A stretch of DNA of 19,427 nucleotides, taken from NCBI GenBank assembly GCA_943788985.1, contig CALSSJ010000040.1:1-19427 (forward strand). The letters are read 5' to 3'. The DNA comes from an uncultured Lentisphaerales bacterium. GTDB taxonomy: Bacteria; Verrucomicrobiota; Lentisphaeria; JABSQK01; UBA12247. The notes below the pieces were generated by a model. The model was not told where the DNA came from and ran no database searches. It saw only the letters and a list, made by a program, of their open reading frames with translations. How positions within the stretch are numbered: the first letter of the stretch is position 1; every line of letters starts with the position of its first letter. The position numbers and the translations under genes were made by a program. Below, piece by piece: positions 18,392 through 19,427 of the stretch.

Positions 18392-18810
18392 CGCTGGAGG
18401 GATACGATGATCCAGCCGATACCCTATCGATCCCCATCGACCCGAGAGGATTGATTCTGATCAATCCCGCGATTGATCTGGTCCGACGGCTGGCAGGACG
18501 GGCAGAACAAGTGCCGCCGCCTTCAACATCGATCCCGCCGCGTTTTCACCTGCGCATTACGTCAAGCCAGGGCTTTCCTCCAACCCTAGTAATCAGCGGC
18601 AGCAAGGACGGCGTGATTACACCCGACCAGATCCGGGCCTTCCAGCAGCGCATGAAGCACAAAGGCAATAGCTGCCACTTCTCCGAGTACCCCAAAGTCG
18701 GTCATGGAGTGTTCAATTACGGCTATAGCGGTGTTGGCGCGGAATACTTTTTCAAGGCCATGAAGGAGATCGAGGGATTTCTGGCCGGGAATGCGCGCCC
18801 ACGCGAATAA
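18388..18810 (+). pseudogene. Frameshifted C-terminal half of the fused esterase domain
   Basis: LILINPAID, PPTLVISGSKD (catalytic Asp) and YPKVGHG (catalytic His) continue the GGSAGG domain. The conserved SPAHYVKPG segment lies in another frame (18546-18572). Confidence 0.85.
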
Positions 18811-19220
18811 AGGATTCTGCTCTCTGCGGCGAGTCGAGGGCAAGTGAATTGGCGTTACACAGTTAAGGCTGCCGCAAGCACATGACATGAGCCGGACTAT
18901 GATGACTCTGGCTGGAAAGAAGGGCTGGGGGGATTGGGCGTTAAGGGTACGCCGGTTGGCGGGTCGGCACCGAGTGGCGGACTTGCGATATCTGGCTGCG
19001 CAAGACCTTTGACTACAACGGCAGTGCGTTCGAAGGGGCCTTGCTCAGCGTGCACCATGACGGAGATGCTGTGGTTTACTCTCAATGGCGAGAAGATCTT
19101 GTCGACCGAAGACTTTACCGTGGCCTACGAGAGAAGGATGTCTCCGCCGCAGCCAAGAAGTTGCTACGCAAGGGCAGCAACACGCTGGCGGTCAGCTGCC
19201 ACCAGTCCGCGGGCGGGTCG
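18811..19220 (+). pseudogene. Degraded galactose-binding-like beta-sandwich accessory domain (type found on GH2 and related CAZymes)
   Basis: Across frames: WRYT..*HEPDYDDSGWKEGLGGLG..GTP / TEWRTCDIWLRKTF..LLSVHHDGDAVVY / LNGEKI / LLRKGSNTLAVSCHQSAGG. Confidence 0.75.
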
Positions 19221-19249
19221 GCTTGGTGATCAGCCCTCGTAGTTGCGTG

Positions 19250-19427
19250 ATTCTGGCTAAAGAAGCTGATAAGGCAGTGCCATCAAAGGTGATGCAGGAG
19301 ATCTATGAGACAGTCAAGACTTCGTTCAAATACGGCGTGGTTCTCAAAGGCCAAAATGGGAAGCCGGTCGACAGCCCCAGTATTTTTTGCCACCTAGGCC
19401 GTTAGTATATGGTCTACATTACCTTTC
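19250..19427 (+). pseudogene. N-terminal fragment of a five-bladed beta-propeller glycosidase, interrupted, 3'-partial
   Basis: VPSKVMQEIYETVKTSFKYGVVL..VDSPSIF..GR*YMVYITF. The D.PS.F...WYM.Y blade motif has TAG (19403-19405) where Trp is expected. Confidence 0.6.

Overview
Bacterial chromosomal window, GC-rich. A PVC-superphylum host (Lentisphaerota/Verrucomicrobiota-like) is inferred from the fusA-rpsJ junction without tuf and from the transposase and CAZyme types. Left part (1-4090): 3' end of a divergent EF-G, then rpsJ-rplC-rplD-rplW-rplB-rpsS. uL4 carries a ~95-aa acidic repetitive tail, and the S10 cluster stops after rpsS at a strong intrinsic terminator. Middle (4291-9310): membrane-anchored cohesin-like protein and ThuA-like protein on the minus strand; UbiA-family prenyltransferase and aconitase A on the plus strand. 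Right part (9312-19427) is an accessory, partly decayed region. It holds a GT4 glycosyltransferase pseudogene, a RAYT/Y1-type transposase remnant, two small membrane proteins behind a candidate ECF promoter, an ECF sigma/zinc anti-sigma pair, a DDE transposase pseudogene and a truncated GH106. It also holds a GH78 alpha-L-rhamnosidase fused to an HSL-type esterase and probably a further beta-sandwich domain (broken by indels and stops), and the start of a broken beta-propeller glycosidase. No rRNA, tRNA or CRISPR array was seen. All family calls come from recognising motifs by eye, not from database searches.
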